A stretch of DNA of 64,000 nt. It comes from the human T2T-CHM13v2.0 reference genome, Homo sapiens. How positions within the stretch are numbered: position 1 is the stretch's first letter; every line of letters begins with the position of its first letter. This document shows, piece by piece, positions 60,001 through 64,000 of the stretch. Below the pieces are notes generated by a model. It did no database searches, was not told where the DNA came from, and saw nothing but the letters and a program-made list of their open reading frames with translations. A program made the position numbers and the translations under genes. Where the stretch lies: contig CP068257.2 in the NCBI GenBank assembly GCA_009914755.4, forward strand, positions 17,472,001 to 17,536,000, given 5' to 3'.

Positions 60001-61270
60001 CAAGTGTTTTCATAGTCTATTAGGAAAGGCATTTATGTGGAATATTAGAATAAGATCACTAGATTAAATGTAACACAGGTTCATATTCCAAGTGGTAATA
60101 AAACCATAATCTTTGGGGATACCTTTCTTACTAGGCAGATATCTACAAGTAGACATGTAACTTCCCAGTGACTAGGCACCAATCAATTGGTATACAAAGT
60201 AAAAAAAAAATCAATTCTTCTAGAAAATTAAATAATCCTTGGGTTATTACTGTCATAGGGCCTGTTGATAGTGCAGTGGCACTGAAAGGACTTAAATATA
60301 TCCTCTTGCATTATTTCCTATATTTTGATCATATTTTTTCTTACAGTTCCTACTACTTGTAGGTGATCACCTGAATGCCATTCAAAAATTATACTTTGCC
60401 TTAATGGCGGAGGTGTTAAGATGTTTGAAGATGGTTTGTAAAGGAAGAGCATTCCCTTAATGAAATTTTAATATGTTTGCCAAAATCTTAAAAAAATTAT
60501 GGGTTGCATCTGCCAATTATTTTCAAATTTCTAGAACACCGAGTTTTATTTATTTCAGATGATACAATTTACATCTCAAAAGGAACAAAATACCTCTCAA
60601 GTAATTATAAGATTATTTTGTCTAATCTTGAAAATGTCTTAATACACTGGAAAAGGGGACTGAATACTTCACTGACTAGGACTGATTGGCCATCTTAGTG
60701 GATTATGAAATACATGAGAATTTATAATTTGAATTTCATGTTTTAAACTTCAACAGTGTACTAATCAATAAAACATATTCTAATGAGATGAAAAGTGTTT
60801 TTTATACATTATGTTTCTCTTGTAGTAGTTATATCTTTACAAAATTTACTTTTTTATAATATGTTATAATTATAATAATATATAATATATAACATCATGA
60901 AAATATATATGGGCAATAAAATCCTGGTAATTGCTTTCTTTGTATTCCTACAAAAATTGTATTCTAATTAATGGATTTTTTTCTAGTAAAGTATTATGAC
61001 AACAACTTTGTATTAAATAATAATGCTGCCACATTTATTTACAAAGTAGAGAGGTACTAAGTTTAAAAAAGTATGTAAGCATAATATATTATTAACTTAT
61101 TAAAATTATATCCCCACATAAAAATATTTTTTGATATAGTATGTTTTCCAGTATCATTTTTAAACATTATTATTAGCCATGATTACTTCCATGGAAGTTA
61201 TTTTGTTTTGCAAATCCTATAATAGTGCACTAATTTATGTGTGTGTGCGTTTAGTATTTGATAATTCTAG

Positions 61271-61648
<378 letters not shown>

Positions 61649-62967
61649 CATGCCAGGCTCTTTACTTTTATTTATTTTTTTACTTTTTTTAATGTTTGCT
61701 TCCATATACTTTCACATAGAGAATAAAAGAAATAAGTAATTAACTTAAGGCATCTCACAAAAAGGGAAATGTTAAACTCAACATCTGATTTTGTTTTACT
61801 CAAGCTGGCAAGTAGGATCAAACAAATGCCACATTTAAGTCTTTAACATACATTGAACTATATTTTCTAATTTCACTGCTTTTGAGAATTAGTGATTTGC
61901 ATTAACTAAAATTGCTAGGATACAGTTTAATAAACAATAGTAACAATTTACTTGAATGGGCAAAAGTCATTTCAGGTTAGAATATCAAAACAATATCATT
62001 TTGTTTTACGCAATTGTTGTTGCTTTGAAGGCCAACATAAGTTACATACATTTTGGAGTATGTAACAAGTTTCTAGAAAAAATAATCTATCTTTTCTTCC
62101 AAAGGCTATCCTTGATTTTCTTTAAATCAAATGAGGTTATAAAATATTTCTCTGTAACTTTATTTTTTATGTAAGAATTACACATTAAAATAATATTTCA
62201 TGTTAAAATATCTCTTTGAGCTGTTTTTTCAACAATAATATCAATAAGTTAATAACCATAATAATACTAATGACAAGAGTACATATTCTATGACAGTGAT
62301 GGAGCTACATGTGTTTTATAGATTGTTCCTTGGCTCACAATAATCTCTTAAGGCAGGTACCAGTGGCCACATTTTCAGAGAACAGAACAGAATATTGTAG
62401 GTGGGGAGAGTTAAATCATTTGCCAAAGTACCCAGTTGGGTAAGCAGTTTATCCAAAAACAAAACCTATGTTTGTCTAACTCTAAAACCTATGATTCTTT
62501 TACTCAATCGTAAATACAAATTATAAGTCTAGACTCCTAATGTACTTTTTTATGACTCTAGTATATGCTATATCCGGGTAACCTAACCTCTTTAATGGAC
62601 AATTCAGTCTCGTATGAGTGATATTTCCATTTATAGTTGGACTAAAGGTGAACTATCTTATAATTTGCCCTTGGTAGGAACTTTCAAAAATATTGTTTAA
62701 TCAAGTTTACATCACTGTCTGGGAAACTCTTTAACTCATTCATGACAAGCATAAGAATTTGGGAGTTGAGGCAGAGTTATCACAGTTTGTCATTTACGTG
62801 AGTTTTGAGTACTCTTTCATTGTTTTCCTCTAAAAGTAGCCTCAGATTGAAGTTTCCTGGTTTAATAAGAAAAATGATAAAAATAATAACAACTAACTTG
62901 ACTTGTCTTAGTATCAGATCTTTCCAAATTATATTACATGTATGCAAATTAAGAGAGTATGATCCTA

Positions 62968-63224
62968 GGGCTGGGCACGGTGGCTCACGCCTGTAATCCC
63001 AGCACTTTGGGAGGCCAAGGCAGGTGGATCACAAGGTCAGGAGATCGAGACAATCCTGGCTAACATGGTGAAACCCCGTCTCTACCAAAAATACAAAAAA
63101 TTAGCCGAGTGTGGTGGCGGGCGCCTGTAGTCCCGGTGTGAACCCGGGAGGTGGAGCTTGCAGTGAGCCGAGATTGTGCCACTGCACTCCAGCCTGGGCG
63201 ACAGAGCAAGACTCCATCTCAAAA

Positions 63225-63263
<39 letters not shown>

Positions 63264-63275
63264 ATATAAAAAAAG
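62968..63275 (+). mobile_element. Alu (S/Y lineage) with a ~31-bp internal deletion and an (AAAT)n-expanded tail, flanked by a 9-11 bp TSD
   Basis: ggctgggcacggtggctcacgcctgtaatcccagcactttgggaggccaaggcaggtggatcacaaggtcaggagatcgagacaatcctggctaacatggtgaaaccccgtctctaccaaaaatacaaaaaattagccgagtgtggtggcgggcgcctgtagtcccggtgtgaacccgggaggtggagc... then aaaataaat(aaat)n ataaaaaaa. The flanks are tatgatcct and tatgatcct. Confidence 0.9.
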
Positions 63276-64000
63276 AGCATATGATCCTTTCTTCTTTTCA
63301 TTCTCAGGAAAATAGAACATAAACACAAGTGATTTTTAAATAAAATATTATGCAGGGCAGAGAGAGATTTTTCCACATTAAAAAAACAAAAACAAAAAAA
63401 ACGCTCGCATGTAGGCCAAAATGCACTTGCAGGTTTATAAATTTCCAATATGCACAACTTCTTACAAGCCAAATGATAAATTGCCCCAAAGATAAGGGAA
63501 TTATTTGAACCCTCCTTGTCAAAATATGGCTGAGTTAGTGTTTTGAATCATGATTTACACTGAAGATGTGAGGTGACCCTGCGGTATATATTTCATGCTC
63601 TAATTACTCCTGCCTCTGCCTTGTCAGTTAATATGATGTTGAACTTAAAAGGGCCTCTTCACAATAAACCTATAATGAAGCCTGGAATGATGGAAGTGAG
63701 ATTTGTAATGTAACTTTGAAAAGTTTGACAGTAAAATGAATGTGATGTTCTCTCTAAAAAAGAGAAGTCAACTAAAAGTGAATTCAAAAAAAAAGTGGAG
63801 AAGAAAAATATGCAAAAGAAATGGATTTCAATTTAAGTTTATAGTGCCTTGTAGAATGACTGGTACAATCAGATTTTAATAAATGTTTGAGTAATGGACA
63901 AATAAAGTCAGCACAATAATTAATAGGACTGATCTTTTCTCTGAGGGAAATTTACACAACTTAGAGGGATAAGCATGCAAACTTACAATTGCCAAGCTCT

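Noticed and set aside
63101-63472. 123-aa minus-strand ORF
   Set aside because: It spans the Alu at 62968-63275 and its (AAAT)n tail, which is translated as [12 protein letters not shown]. It is an artefact.

Overview
This window is primate (human-like) nuclear genomic DNA, not a prokaryotic locus. It is AT-rich (roughly 33-38% GC by eye) and has no CpG island, no recognisable exon with convincing splice context, and no tRNA, rRNA or CRISPR signal. I therefore found no prokaryotic-style gene system of any kind; I state that plainly rather than invent one. The structure that is present is a dense mosaic of transposable elements, about 40-45% of the window. There are about 16 Alu SINEs, most with poly(A) tails and flanking target-site duplications (TSDs), and two are near-consensus AluY copies. 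A 5'-truncated L1PA LINE on the + strand at 37.1-40.9 kb carries a broken but long ORF2 (endonuclease/reverse-transcriptase). An older, nearly full-length L1 lies on the - strand at 42.1-49.0 kb, pierced by four Alus, with tandem repeats in its 5'UTR. Further L1 fragments lie at 3.4-5.6, 19.4-19.9 and 27.1-28.9 kb. The 19.4-19.9 kb copy looks like a twin-priming inversion, and the 27.1-28.9 kb copy carries a nested THE1 LTR. Several ERVL-MaLR solo LTRs (THE1/MST/MLT1-like) are present, as are a MER4-like ERV1 LTR cluster at 6.8-8.6 kb, a Tigger-derived DNA-transposon fragment, and several microsatellites including a perfect (ATCT)12. Almost every ORF in the supplied six-frame track is either an L1 ORF2 remnant or an artefact, such as the antisense reading frame of an Alu. 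All subfamily names come from my memory of consensus sequences, and coordinates are accurate to roughly ±10-20 bp. A RepeatMasker/Dfam run would be the decisive check.
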